Source of the DNA: Octopus bimaculoides | Taxonomy: Eukaryota | NCBI RefSeq assembly: GCF_001194135.2 | Contig: NC_068984.1 | Coordinates: forward strand, 8,328,359 to 8,392,358 | Reading direction: 5' to 3' | DNA length: 64,000 nucleotides | Shown: positions 12,170-24,479 of the stretch, in pieces | Position numbering within the stretch: position 1 is the stretch's first letter | Layout: the number at the start of each line of letters is the position of its first letter | Position numbers and translations under genes: made by a program | The notes under the pieces: model-generated | What the model saw: the letters and a program-made list of their open reading frames with translations, nothing else | The model's database searches: none | What the model was told of the DNA's origin: nothing

Positions 12170-12979
12170 GACACACATACACATAGATTCGTAAATTACA
12201 AGAGCAATCTGTGAGTAAAACAGTAAAAATATGCAAGTCTTTTCTCAAGTTCCAAATATGAATTTGTCTGTGTTAATAACATCCCAAAGATGGAGCCTTG
12301 TATCTTTGTTGGAAACCGGCTCCCTCCTCAGTGGAAGACATATAATAATTAAAATTTAGAAGAGACATACACACACACGCACACACACAAACACACAAAC
12401 ACACACACACACACACACGCACAAACACACACACGCACACACACAAACACACATTTATGTATGATGCTGTGCAGTACCTTCCCACCAAATTCCAGTCTTA
12501 TATCAGTATCAAAACCAAAGTTATAATAAATATACCTGCCCAATGTGACTCGATGTGTAATCGAAACCCTTAGACGCATAGCCATACTTCTGCAGTTTTA
12601 CTTCCGAATCTACTGAATTTAATGCTGTCGCCCATTGACACAGTGAATGAATACTAATCTGGCATTGTTCTTCTGGGACTCTATTTTCATGTTCTTTACT
12701 TACGGTATGTATATTATATTCTCAAGGAACGCATTGTTCTGTGGAATTTTTCATCATATTTATTTAGAAATTACTCTTTAATGTTGACTTTATGTAAATG
12801 AATATAGTGTGATGCAGTCGCGGATAATTTCAGTTTCCTGAATAGGCCCATGTTTCCATCATACGTCTGGTGTCTTATCGTCTGCAAGCTATTTATTCAG
12901 GTAAGAACTCGAAAAATATTCCAGACATATAGGTGCACTCATGCATACACGCATTCATGGGCATTCAAACACACACGCA

Positions 12980-13025
<46 letters not shown>

Positions 13026-13164
13026 NNNNNNNNNNNNNNNNNNNNNNNNNNNNNNNNNNNNNNNNNNNNNNNNNNNNNNNNNNNNNNNNNNNNNNNNATA
13101 TACCTATATGTATAGATACAACGCACGCACATATATAATTATATATATATATATATATGTGTGT

Positions 13165-13202
<38 letters not shown>

Positions 13203-13331
13203 TTATACGTATCTATATGTATATGTACCTATCTTGCTTCGTACTTTCTGTATGTACTTTCGCTTTCATAAACACACAGATACATACACACACGTGTGCA
13301 TGCACTTGCATACATACATACATACATGCAT

Positions 13332-13364
<33 letters not shown>

Positions 13365-13377
13365 TATGTGTGTGTGT

Positions 13378-13425
<48 letters not shown>

Positions 13426-14331
13426 ATATGTCAACCACTTGGCTGCTGCCTATTTGGTCGTGCAAACGTTAACCTAACGAGGTGTGTTAAAAGTTAAGAT
13501 CAAAGTTGAATATTTAAGAGAACCTGAAGCGTCTTGTTATTCATTCGCCACTCAATAGAATCGACGTATTCACAGAGTGTGTAAAAGCATGTTATCCTAC
13601 ACTTCGATGCCTCTAATGTGCATATACGTATTCTTATTTATTACACCACTTCGGCCAACTTCAAAGTAATATCTCCAAGTTGTAAAACACGAAAAAAGTG
13701 TATATAACAATAAAATTCCGTTGGAATAGGTGAAGGAAATCTGTGATTATACAGGAACATTAAACAAGAGAATCTTTTGGATACGTGACTTACATAATAA
13801 TAACAAAACTATATTTCTGTAGTTATGAAGACTATAGGAATTTCAAAAAAAAAAAATATATAAAAATATTAACATAGGAAATAAATAAAGCTATTCAGAA
13901 ATAATTTCAGCCTTTGTCTGGTTTTAATGAGATGAAGTAATAAAGAAAAATAAAAGAAAGAAATCCAGTTGATTCCAGTGACTTTAAAGAAAGCAATATT
14001 TTGGAAGCGACGGACTTCATCCAAAAATGCAACTGACATTTTTATTATACGAATCTGCATAGTATATTATCACGATATCAAATTTGATATCGGAATTGAA
14101 AAAGAATATCGTGTGTTTAAGATTTTGTTACTCAGTTTTGTAGATATGTATTCCGGTCTAGACACCTACACAATGTCAAGTTTATATTCTGTATTGCAAT
14201 TTCATGAATATTAAAGAGTTATGTTTACTATGAAGGTATTTCAGGGATGATGCGTGTATATATATATATGTATTTATGTGTATACACACACACACACATA
14301 CAAAACACACACACAGAAACACACACACATG

Positions 14332-14371
<40 letters not shown>

Positions 14372-14694
14372 CAAAATCAAAATTTGATTTTAATCACCCA
14401 TCCTTTTGGGATGCGATATTCGGGTGCCTTCGCATAAGTACCATATTCAAACCTTGAATCTATATCTAAACCGTCTATATATNNNNNNNNNNNNNNNNNN
14501 NNNNNNNNNNNNNNNNNNNNNNNNNNNNNNNNNNNNNNNNNNNNNNNNNNNNNNNNNNNNNNNNNNNNNNNNNNNNNNNNNNNNNNNNNNNNNNNNNNNN
14601 NNNNNNNNNNNNNNNNNNNNNNNNNNNNNNNNNNNNTATATATATATATAAGCAATGTTAATTCTCTAAATGAAGTATTAACAGTAACTGCATG

Positions 14695-14850
14695 ATAAAG
14701 TGTAGTATATTGCCACTTAAGTGTGGCTGACCCCTAGGGGTGGATGTTACTGTTGCTTTTAGCCCCAGGAGGACATCTCCTCCAGCTGGCTTATCGACAC
14801 ACTACTGTGTCCTGTTTGTCACACTTAAGTGGCAATATACTACACTTTAT
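14695..14850. mobile_element. 156-bp MITE-like element with perfect 31-bp terminal inverted repeats
   Basis: ATAAAGTGTAGTATATTGCCACTTAAGTGTG (14695-14725) is the exact reverse complement of 14820-14850. Confidence 0.8.
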
Positions 14851-15347
14851 ATATATATATATATATACATATATATATGTATATACATATATGTATGTAT
14901 GTATGATGTATGTATTGTTTTATAGGTGAATCATTACTTCAATGTTAATAAAAAATGCACGAGTTCAATTCCACGTCTTCATTATTCGTCAGTGAGTTAA
15001 TTATCTATTCAACTAAATAATCGATCGTTAACGTGTTTGTTAGACAGTTAATAACATTTTTCTTTGTTTTTTAGGTATTTTGTGTGGGGGGGTGTATGGT
15101 GGAGTGATCCTCAAATTTCTTTTGTGTTCAAAAGCTTTTCATTGACTCATCTCCCACATTGGTCCGAAGGCCGTCTTCGCTACAAAAACAAACTATATAT
15201 ATAGATAATCTTTTTCTAAAAGAGTGAAACCGGTTAAGTAAATAAATATTTTAAAAAAATAAGTGCATTTTCAAACCTTCTTTCATATATATTTCCACTC
15301 GTACGGTATTCCACAACTTTACTTTATTATATATATATATATATATA

Positions 15348-17281
15348 CTAGCAGTATAACCCGACCTTGTCCGGGTGTGACTTATTACGCCTTCTACGAT
15401 AAGTCTTGCTAGGTGAAAATCAACTAAAAAAGAAAGCCTTACAACGGAAAAACCCTTATGATGTAAATATGTTCATAATTCAAAAGACGATGAAATTAAT
15501 AAGGAAAGTCTGAAGGCGTAACATTATTAAGCGTACGTAAATTTCATCCGTCTAATTGGCTGTAGAAATGCTTGTGCAAAACAACTTTTTGCGCTGCCCT
15601 GATTATATATATAGCAGGGTAATCCCTTTTAATAGGAGGTAGGATGGCAATTTCTGATGAAATAGGCAGAAGATGTTGATGCACCATTTTGCATTATGTT
15701 CAAAGTAGATTCTGGAATGTGGTGAATTGCTGCAGTCTGTTGCTGTCGTTTTAAACTGGTTACTTTCTTTCACTAGCAAACTCTCTTCTTTGGAGGCATA
15801 ATCTATGTATATATTAAACAGAACAACAACAGTTATAATAGATGGCTGGGTCGGTACTTTTCACATATCTGTAATTTTTCAGATTAACACCCGCACGATT
15901 ACCCAACCCTAAGCCTAAAACCCTAAACCTAACCGTAACACTAACCCTAATCCTAACCCTAAACCCTAACCCTAAAACCCGAACCCTAACACCCTAGTGA
16001 AAATCGTGGTATATTTACCAAACATTGACGAACATGAGTTATATTGTTGTCAATGATTGTGTGTACAGGTAGAAGGTAAGAAATATAAAAGTTGCTAGAA
16101 ACAACAGTCAAATCTCCNNNNNNNNNNNNNNNNNNNNNNNNNNNNNNNNNNNNNNNNNNNNNNNNNNNNNNNNNNNNNNNNNNNNNNNNNNNNNNNNNNN
16201 NNNNNNNNNNNNNNNNNNNNNNNNNNNNNNNNNNNNNNNNNNNNNNNNNNNNNNNNNNNNNNNNNNNNNNNNNNNNNNNNNNNNNNNNNNNNNNNNNNNN
16301 NNNNNNNNNNNNNNNNNNNNNNNNNNNNNNNNNNNNNNNNNNNNNNNNNNNNNNNNNNNNNNNNNNNNNNNNNNNNNNNNNNNNNNNNNNNNNNNNNNNN
16401 NNNNNNNNNNNNNNNNNNNNNNNNNNNNNNNNNNNNNNNNNNNNNNNNNNNNNNNNNNNNNNNNNNNNNNNNNNNNNNNNNNNNNNNNNNNNNNNNNNNN
16501 NNNNNNNNNNNNNNNNNNNNNNNNNNNNNNNNNNNNNNNNNNNNNNNNNNNNNNNNNNNNNNNNNNNNNNNNNNNNNNNNNNNNNNNNNNNNNNNNNNNN
16601 NNNNNNNNNNNNNNNNNNNNNNNNNNNNNNNNNNNNNNNNNNNNNNNNNNNNNNNNNNNNNNNNNNNNNNNNNNNNNNNNNNNNNNNNNNNNNNNNNNNN
16701 NNNNNNNNNNNNNNNNNNNNNNNNNNNNNNNNNNNNNNNNNNNNNNNNNNNNNNNNNNNNNNNNNNNNNNNNNNNNNNNNNNNNNNNNNNNNNNNNNNNN
16801 NNNNNNNNNNNNNNNNNNNNNNNNNNGTGTTTATGTGTATGTTGTCACAGATCACATATGTGTGGCCGTGTGTGTTTTTACGTTTCTATGTTATGAAAAA
16901 TATGTTAGAGGTAGAGGAAAGGTATTATATTAGAGAGAGGAAGAAGAAGTAAGAGTGTAAAATGTAACCAAGTTAATCTATGACTTTGTATGTATCACTT
17001 TCTCTCTCTCTCTCTCTCCCTCTTTTACTCTTACTCCCTATAACAACGCCGGTACAGGGAGAAAGGAAGGAATATAAATGTTGCTAGAAACGACAGCCAA
17101 ATCTCCCTTAAGTCACACAAAGTAAACGGAATTTTAAAAATCTAATTACTGCACTGGAAAGTTCAGATCGAGAAAATTCCATTGATGTAAACATTTTTAG
17201 GAAAAAGTGGAAAATGTGGATTTCTATAAACTATCAAAAAGGCTTCACACAAACACACAATTTCAGATTTATATATTAAGA
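15348..17281 (-). mobile_element. Non-autonomous Helitron-like element (spans an N-gap)
   Basis: Minus strand starts A|TCTTAATATATAAATC at 17281 and ends CCCGGACAAGGTCGGG hairpin + TTATACTG + CTAG|T at 15348: canonical 5'-TC, 3'-hairpin-CTAG and AT target. Continuity across the gap at 16118-16826 is assumed. Confidence 0.65.
15901..15996. repeat. Degenerate interstitial (CCCTAA)n telomere-like tract
   Basis: ACCCTAAGCCTAAAACCCTAAACCTAACC...CCCTAACCCTAAAACCCGAACCCTAAC. Confidence 0.8.
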
Positions 17282-17295
17282 TATATATTGACATA

Positions 17296-17660
17296 GTGGA
17301 GGTTCAGTGGCTCAGATTTTACGGCGGTGGACATCCGGTCGTAGGTTCGTGGTTTCGGTGTTTGTATTTATTGAGCGAAAACATCTAATGTTACATGAGG
17401 CCCCGGCAGGGCGGGGGCGAACCCTGGTGTACTCTTTCATCACAACTTTCTCTCACTCCTTCTTCCTGTTTCTGCTGTACCTGTATTTAAAATGGGCCAG
17501 CCTTGTTACACTCTGTGTCACGCCGAACCTCCCCCGAGAACTACATTAAGGGTAAATGTGTCTGTGTAGTGCTCAGCCAGTTGCACGTTAATTTCACGAG
17601 CAGGCTGTTCCGTTGATCAGATAAACTGGAACCCTCGTCGTCGCAACCGACGGGGCGTCA
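17296..17660 (+). mobile_element. tRNA-derived SINE family D, near full length
   Basis: Head TGGAGGTTCAGTGGCTCAG..., body TTTATTGAGCGAAAACA shared with the 39965 copy, tail CTGGAACCCTCGTCGTCGCAACCGACGG. Resemblance to octopus OR-type SINEs is from memory. Confidence 0.65.
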
Positions 17661-17663
17661 CGA

Positions 17664-17770
17664 CGGTGGGGCACTGAAAAGTTCCTGGCTTTAGGTAAAA
17701 GAAAATACCGGAGGTTGAGATTATCATGATTTTATTGACCAAATTCCATTCTGAGATTCGCACACTTATT
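17664..17770. mobile_element. Mariner-like terminal fragment
   Basis: GGGGCACTGAAAAGTTCCTGGCTTT resembles a mariner TIR; no partner end was found. Confidence 0.4.
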
Positions 17771-18542
17771 GCAGAGACCCTTGAGTTTTTCTCGGAAAGT
17801 GGGCCTCCAGCCAGGCCTTTCGCGAGACTCTTAAAACCAGGAACTCTTAGTCTTATATTGATATTTCACCCTTTCTCTCTTTATCTATCTTTGTTTCTAT
17901 CTATATGTCTATCTTTCTATCTATATCTCTACTTACCTACCTACCTACCTATCTACCTATCTATCTATCTACCTATCTATACATATATGTGCGTATGAAC
18001 AAGGATACACTAAACATGCATACGTCTATATATATATATTAGTATAGGACGACAAAAAGCGTATGTCCAATATTCACGTCATGTATGGAACCCCTTAGTT
18101 ATGCATATCTCGACAAGGAAGTCCCCTAAAGTCCCTTACATGGTTATATATTATGTGTCTTATAATGCTTAAAAATTAATCTGCTTAAATGGACGCATTA
18201 ATGCCATAAAGATAATTATGAAATTCTTCGTTTTTACTTCGCCAGTTAATGCATATCTCGCTTAAAACAGAACAACAACCTGAATACTAAATATCAAAGT
18301 GTCTTTTTCTCTGCCAGGTATACTTTATCACAACACACTAAGCTTAAAATTCTATATGATGATGTTGTATAAGCAATGATAACTAACTCTTAATTCACTC
18401 CCCAGAAACACTTTGCAGTTAGTTGTAAAATATATATTTACTTCATATAGCTTTTAAAGTGACACACAGTTACGGACCTAAAAATAGAAATATTATTTCT
18501 AAATCTCTCAAAAGAGAGACATTCAGTAAGAGTTCTTTAAAG

Positions 18543-18781
18543 TAAAGGCTTTTTGCCAACACAATGTGGCTGTCCTGGAAGGGGCAATTGTTACTGTTGT
18601 TTTAATCTCAAGAAACATCGTTTCTAGCTGGCTAGGTGGGAGTGCTGAACTCCCCGTTCGAAAATATAAGGGTACAAGTATTGAGTTGTATAGCTAACTA
18701 GAAACGATGTCTCTTGGGGCTAAAACAACAGTAACATCGTCCCTTGCAGGACAGCCACATTATGTTGGCAAATAGTCTTTA
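18543..18781. mobile_element. MITE-like fold-back element with about 87-bp imperfect arms
   Basis: TAAAGGCTTTTTGCCAACACAATGTGGCTGTCCTGGAAGGGG...CATCGTTTCTAG pairs with CTAGAAACGATG...GGACAGCCACATTATGTTGGCAAATAGTCTTTA. Confidence 0.75.
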
Positions 18782-18899
18782 TATATACTTCATCTTAACA
18801 GCAAATTAGCAACTAATTCGTAAAAATAATTATAGTGGTGTATGGGAGTTCTCCATAAAAACTAATCATACTATTGAAGAGAGGAGATATGGTATGTTA

Positions 18900-19200
18900 G
18901 AAGTGGGCAAATACAAAAGAGTAATCTTATAAGGCTTAATTACTTGATGTAAGAGTGGAGATGGTAGAAATAAGAAAACTGAGATATGTCCGATTCTAGC
19001 CAGTGACAAGATGAGATTATGGAATATAAAGGTAATAGTCGTTCCTGTGGTTAATAGTGCATTGCTACCTAATAGTTTAAATGGTATTGGAACTGCGACT
19101 CGCATTGTAGACCTGCTGAAAGTCCCACCCTATATTCTGCAAGAATCCGTATTTTCTCATTCTACAAACATTCTGTTGGGAAAATTCCTTTACGTTAAAA
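18900..19200 (+). pseudogene. Highly decayed 3' end of an RLE-type (R4/Dong-like) non-LTR retrotransposon
   Basis: RLWNIKVIVVPVVNSAL resembles the RxWxxKVxVVPVVxGALG motif at the end of the RLE endonuclease. Confidence 0.45.
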
Positions 19201-19695
19201 TCTTCTACAAGGTAGAAAGCCATTTTTAATTAATAGATTTGAAGATAATCCGTCGGCAACGCTGGTATTAAAGATGAGTGCGTTAATCTTAATACATTTT
19301 TCTCTTGTTTCGGGTTATCTTGAAATTGAGTTTATCCTGAAATTTTGAATTTGTTGACCACAAATGAGTTTGGTGCTGGTGCTGGTGTAGAGGTGGATAA
19401 GGAGAATGTGAAATGGGAAGGGTAGGTGAAGAGGCCTTGATGAAGGAGAAGGAGAAGAAATAGTGCTAGGAGAAGGAATTGAGGAGGAGGAGGGGAGTAG
19501 AGGGAGAGAGGTTACAAGAGGAGGGAAGTAGAGGAAACGAGAGGGGGTGAGGGGAGCAAGCAGGAATGGGAAGGGGAAGAGTAACAAAAACAAAAAGTTC
19601 CCTGTTAGCAGTCACAATAATTATCGTAATATATAGAAATTAACTAGTTTTTACTAATCCTGCTTTGTTATTCGTGTTAATCTGCCAGCATTATA

Positions 19696-20226
19696 CGAGG
19701 AAAAGTAAAACATTAATGCCATTTTGTTTAGGACAGCTATAATTACCAACACAGGAACATGTATAATACATCAAAATGAAGCTGGACCGTTTCTCTCAAT
19801 AGCAATGTTCTACCTTCGAATGAGAGCATGTGTCCCTGCCCTGTAACATTCTGTTGACTGTTCTTTGAACCACTTCTTCATTACAGTTTTCACTTCCTCG
19901 TCCCTGGAATAATTTAGCGCCTTTAGACTATCATCTCTTCGGCCCCATGAAAGAGGGTTCCAGAGGCAAACATTATTCCAGTGACAGAGAAGTGAAAACT
20001 GTAGTGAAGAAGTGGCTCAATGAACAGTCAACAGAATTTTACGGTGCAGGGATACATGCTCTCAATCTAAGGTGGAACATTGTTATTGTGAGAAACGGTG
20101 ACTATGTTGAGCAGAAGGAATGTGATCCACAGAGGGTCAGCTTCATTTTGATGTATGATACATGTTTCTGTGTTGGTAACTTCAGATGTCCTAAACAAAA
20201 TGGCATTACTTTTTCCCTCACCCTCC
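19696..20226. mobile_element. Fold-back mariner derivative built from two inverted copies of the transposon right end (copy 1)
   Basis: TA on both sides; the right arm translates DYHLFGPMKEGSRGKHYSSDREVKTVVKKWLNEQSTEFYGAGIHAL..WNIVIVRNGDYVE and the left arm is its reverse complement. Confidence 0.85.
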
Positions 20227-21606
20227 TATTAAACAGTTTGTTTATATTTCAGCAATGTTTCATTCCGAGCAGCTAAGAGTAGAGACGACATCAGCTGTAT
20301 TTGATCTCAGATATTTCATGCATTCCGGGCAGATAAATTTGTAAGTCGATACCTGTGGTGCATTGGAATCAATGATGGCGTTTATAACTTTGTCGACAAC
20401 AATTGACCCAGTGCCAAAGTTTCAGGCGATTATTGATATTATAACACAGGCTTCAAATTATGAGGGTTTGAACGTTAGCGGAAAATTGTCTATTTTTGTT
20501 GAGTTAAACTAGAATTACAGGTCAGAAGAAATAATAATATATCTTGATTACTTTGATCAATAACAGGCAACATGTCAAGTCTACTATTTAATGAGAAGAT
20601 CAATCAGAGTTAATGCAGGAACTATCGTTTGCTGTTGTGGATGCATTTCAATTGCTCATAAATATATATATATATATATATATATANNNNNNNNNNNNNN
20701 NNNNNNNNNNNNNNNNNNNNNNNNNNNNNNNNNNNNNNNNNNNNNNNNNNNNNNNNNNNNNNNNNNNNNNNNNNNNNNNNNNNNNNNNNNNNNNNNNNNN
20801 NNNNNNNNNNNNNNNNNNNNNNNNNNNNNNNNNNNNNNNNNNNNNNNNNNNNNNNNNNNNNNNNNNNNNNNNNNNNNNNNNNNNNNNNNNNNNNNNNNNN
20901 NNNNNNNNNNNNNNNNNNNNNNNNNNNNNNNNNNNNNNNNNNNNNNNNNNNNNNNNNNNNNNNNNNNNNNNNNNNNNNNNNNNNNNNNNNNNNNNNNNNN
21001 NNNNNNNNNNNNNNNNNNNNNNNNNNNNNNNNNNNNNNNNNNNNNNNNNNNNNNNNNNNNNNNNNNNNNNNNNNNNNNNNNNNNNNNNNNNNNNNNNNNN
21101 NNNNNNNNNNNNNNNNNNNNNNNNNNNNNNNNNNNNNNNNNNNNNNNNNNNNNNNNNNNNNNNNNNNNNNNNNNNNNNNNNNNNNNNNNNNNNNNNNNAT
21201 GGTGCTGACAATGATGAATAAGACGTTGATTATTATTTTACATATATTATTAAGATTATGAAGCGACGAGGAAGAGTGTAGCAGAATGGACGGGTAATTT
21301 ACGGAAGGAAACGAAAGAATTTCTATCAAAGATTGATGATTTCTCAAAAATATTATATATATATATAGAAAGGCAGATATATCTTTTCCTTCCCTCTGTG
21401 CATATGCATGTGTTGTACGTACGTCTATATGAGAATGTTTCCGTATCTAAAGTGTGTGAGATTTTTGTTTGTGTACGTGCTACAACGTGTGGCAAAGCGC
21501 TGCCAAATCTGTTCAGCTGAAAGCGTGTGCTGCTTAAACTAATACACATTTTTCAAATATAGACCCAAATTTGCTTTATTGTGCAAAAACTCATGCAGAC
21601 ATCTCC

Positions 21607-21645
<39 letters not shown>

Positions 21646-21674
21646 CATGCACATTCACATACATACATATATAC

Positions 21675-21717
<43 letters not shown>

Positions 21718-22040
21718 CATACATATACATAAATATACATAGACATATATATCGTATATGCATAGATATTAACTGACACACAGCCATATATCACTATATG
21801 CCTATGTATCTGTACTCCATACTTGTTTATTTAGTTTCTTTGTGTATGCGTTTTTGTCGAATATATACGCCAAAGACTATTTTTAAGCTGCGCAATGTTG
21901 GCTCTGCTGTGTAATATTTTATACAAAAGTGGACTTGGTTTGCTCTACAATTGATTAAAAGTGACCTTTTTGTATATCTCTATTTCTACTTTACACTATG
22001 TACTTTTAGCTCAATCCATATATTTATATATATATTCATA

Positions 22041-22395
22041 GGCGTGGCTAGGTGCTAAGAAACTTGCTTCACAATTACATGGTTCGGGTTTCAATCTCAC
22101 TAAGCGGCACATTGGTCGAACGTTTTCTACTACAGTCTCTGGCTAGCGAAATCCGTGTGAGTGCATTTGATTGGCGGAGCAGAAAGAAGACCGTCATATG
22201 CGTGTTTGTGTGTGAGTGTGTGTGTGGGGGTGGGGGGTATTTCTTTGTGTCTGTTTTACTGATCCGTATAACTTACTGGTTCGGCTTAAGAGACCAATAA
22301 ATAGGTACCAGGCTTAAAAGAAATGCTGGGTCGATTCATTCTACTAAGAACTCTGCGCCAAAACGGCCTCAGTCTAATGAGTGAAACAAATAAAC
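22041..22395 (+). mobile_element. SINE family A, degenerate full-length copy
   Basis: tRNA-like head GGCGTGGCTAGGTGCTAAG..GGTTCGGGTTTCAATC, internal (GT)n, tail AGAGACCAATAAATAGGTACCAGGCTT. Confidence 0.65.
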
Positions 22396-22792
22396 TATAA
22401 ATTTATATATAGATGTATGCATGTATGTATGTGCGTATGTATGTATTCTTGTATGCTCGTTGAGGTTTGTATGTGTGTATGTACCAAATTTTACGAGGAA
22501 AAGCTTAATAGAAATTTGGAAGTCGCCTCTTGTAGATCAGCATTAAAATGATGAAAGTGAATAAAATCCGAAACTTCGATGTCACTATTAACTTTCTCCT
22601 TGTAAAAGTTTATTAAAATGTATACTACTACAAAGTATTGTATAATGCTTGCGTTTAATGTCTATTTATTTTTAAATATTATAACTTGACATAAAAACAA
22701 GTGTTACTATATACAAACATAGACGTATATATGAATGCTTATATCTTTTATTTGTTTCAGACATTTTTGTGCCTGCGTCCAATATTTATATA

Positions 22793-22849
<57 letters not shown>

Positions 22850-22855
<6 letters not shown>

Positions 22856-23015
22856 GAGAATATACAAAAAATAACAACAGACGAGGACAGGTGGTGTAAA
22901 TAACAAAAGTATATATTAGTATGACGCTCGGGAATACGGAAAGTCTTTGACGTTTCGAGCTACGCTCTTCAACAGAAAGAATACGGAGACGAGGAGAAAA
23001 ACACGGAGAAAAAAA
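22850..23015 (-). mobile_element. Short PLE pseudo-LTR-like repeat, homologous to 56585-56750
   Basis: About 165 bp alignable by eye with the plus-strand copy at 56585-56750; carries a hammerhead-like motif; flanked by (TA)n. Confidence 0.55.
22944..22980 (-). ncRNA. Minimal hammerhead-ribozyme motif with variant core CUGUUGA
   Basis: RNA sense UCUUU-CUGUUGA-A-GAGC(GUA)GCUC-GAA-ACGU-C-AAAGA: 5-bp stem I, 4-bp stem II, palindromic stem III, GUC site. Confidence 0.65.
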
Positions 23016-23150
23016 AATTATATATATATATATATATATATGCCAGAATAAGTATTTAAATGTGAAGCAAGGTGGTAAAGATAGTATTTGCATATATTTA
23101 TGTTTTGCCTGTATTTGTTCGTATATATATGTGTGTTTAGTGTATATATA

Positions 23151-24372
23151 CAGGGGTCCGACAAAATAATGGAAACACCTTAGAATTTCAAACAAATTAA
23201 TTTTAATATGGGTAGGACCGTCTTTGGCAGTAATTACAGCTAGAATTCTAACAGGTATGGACTTGTACAAAGTTTGAATTTGTTTCCAAAGGAATTTTTG
23301 TCCATTCTCCAGCTAAAACAGTCTCCAATTCTTATAGTGATGATGGTGGAGGATATAGTCACCTGTCTTGCTTTTCTAAAATGCACCATAAATGTGCAAT
23401 AATATTGAGATCTGTGCACTGTGGTTATCCCTCGTGCCATTCAGTAACAAATTTAGCTTTGTGAATTGGTACATTATCATCCTGAAAGATTCCATTTCCC
23501 TCCGGAAACAGTTCCGCCATCATAAGATGAATGTGATCAGATAAAATGCTTAAATAGTCTTGACTATTAATTCTGCCATGAGGGGAAACCATTGGGCTGG
23601 CGGTTTTCCAAGATATAGCCCCCACCCCAATCATCACAAATTCTCCTCCATGTTTGACAGTTGCTTCTTTTGGCTGTCTCCACACGTATACTTGGCTGGT
23701 GGTTGGAAATAGGGTAAAGGATGACTCATCCGAGAAAATATTCTTCCTCTGCTCTAGGGACAAATTATGTAGGTTTTTAATTCCACTCTAAACGCTTTGC
23801 AAAGTTTGTTTTTGAAAATAGTTATTTTCTGATTGCAGCCCTCCCGTGAAATCCGGCTTTGTGCAGCTCCCGGTGAAACGTTTTTCTGTAAACTGGGTTT
23901 TTGAGGTGGTCATTACGCTCAAAAGTAATTTTGGGAGCTGTACTCTTGTGACCCTTTCTAACAATTCGTGTAAGAATCCGACGGTCCCTATCTGAAAGTT
24001 TTGGTTTTCTTCCAGAGTTTTGTTTCGACGAGGAGGTTTTCCCCTCTTCCTCAAAGGCTGTGGTAACTTTCGACAGACAGTACTTCTTGATACACCAAAC
24101 ATTTCGGCTGTTCATATTACACTAGCGCCTGTCATACGAGCACCAGCAAATTGACTTCTTTGAAAGCCCGATAGATCTGTCATTTTTATGAATTTTAATT
24201 ACCTTTTTTCCGATGATATCTGAAAAGGAAGAGCAATTTCAGCAAAACATATTAAGCAACACTAATATTATATCAAAAACAGAAAAATAAGCAAACAGTT
24301 GACGATTTTATAGATACTTCAAAATTATAATGCTATGATGTTGGGTGTTCCCATTATTTTATCTAGTGCGTG
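23151..24372 (-). mobile_element. Decayed Tc1-family DNA transposon, about 1.2 kb
   Basis: Imperfect 29-bp TIRs (CAGGGGTCCGACAAAATAATGGAAACACC / GGTGTTCCCATTATTTTATCTAGTGCGTG), TA on the left, transposase remnant inside. Confidence 0.85.
23240..24183 (-). pseudogene. Tc1-type DDE transposase with stops, frameshifts and deletions
   Basis: MTDLSGFQR..FGVSRSTV..GRKPKLSDRDRR..IFSDESSF..TVKHGG..IFQDDNVPIH..DLNIIAHLW motifs across several frames. Confidence 0.9.
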
Positions 24373-24446
24373 TTGATAATATTAGCATAAAGTATCTCCC
24401 TAGAAACAACAAAATATGTGTGTGTGTGTGTATGTGTGTGTGTGTT

Positions 24447-24479
<33 letters not shown>

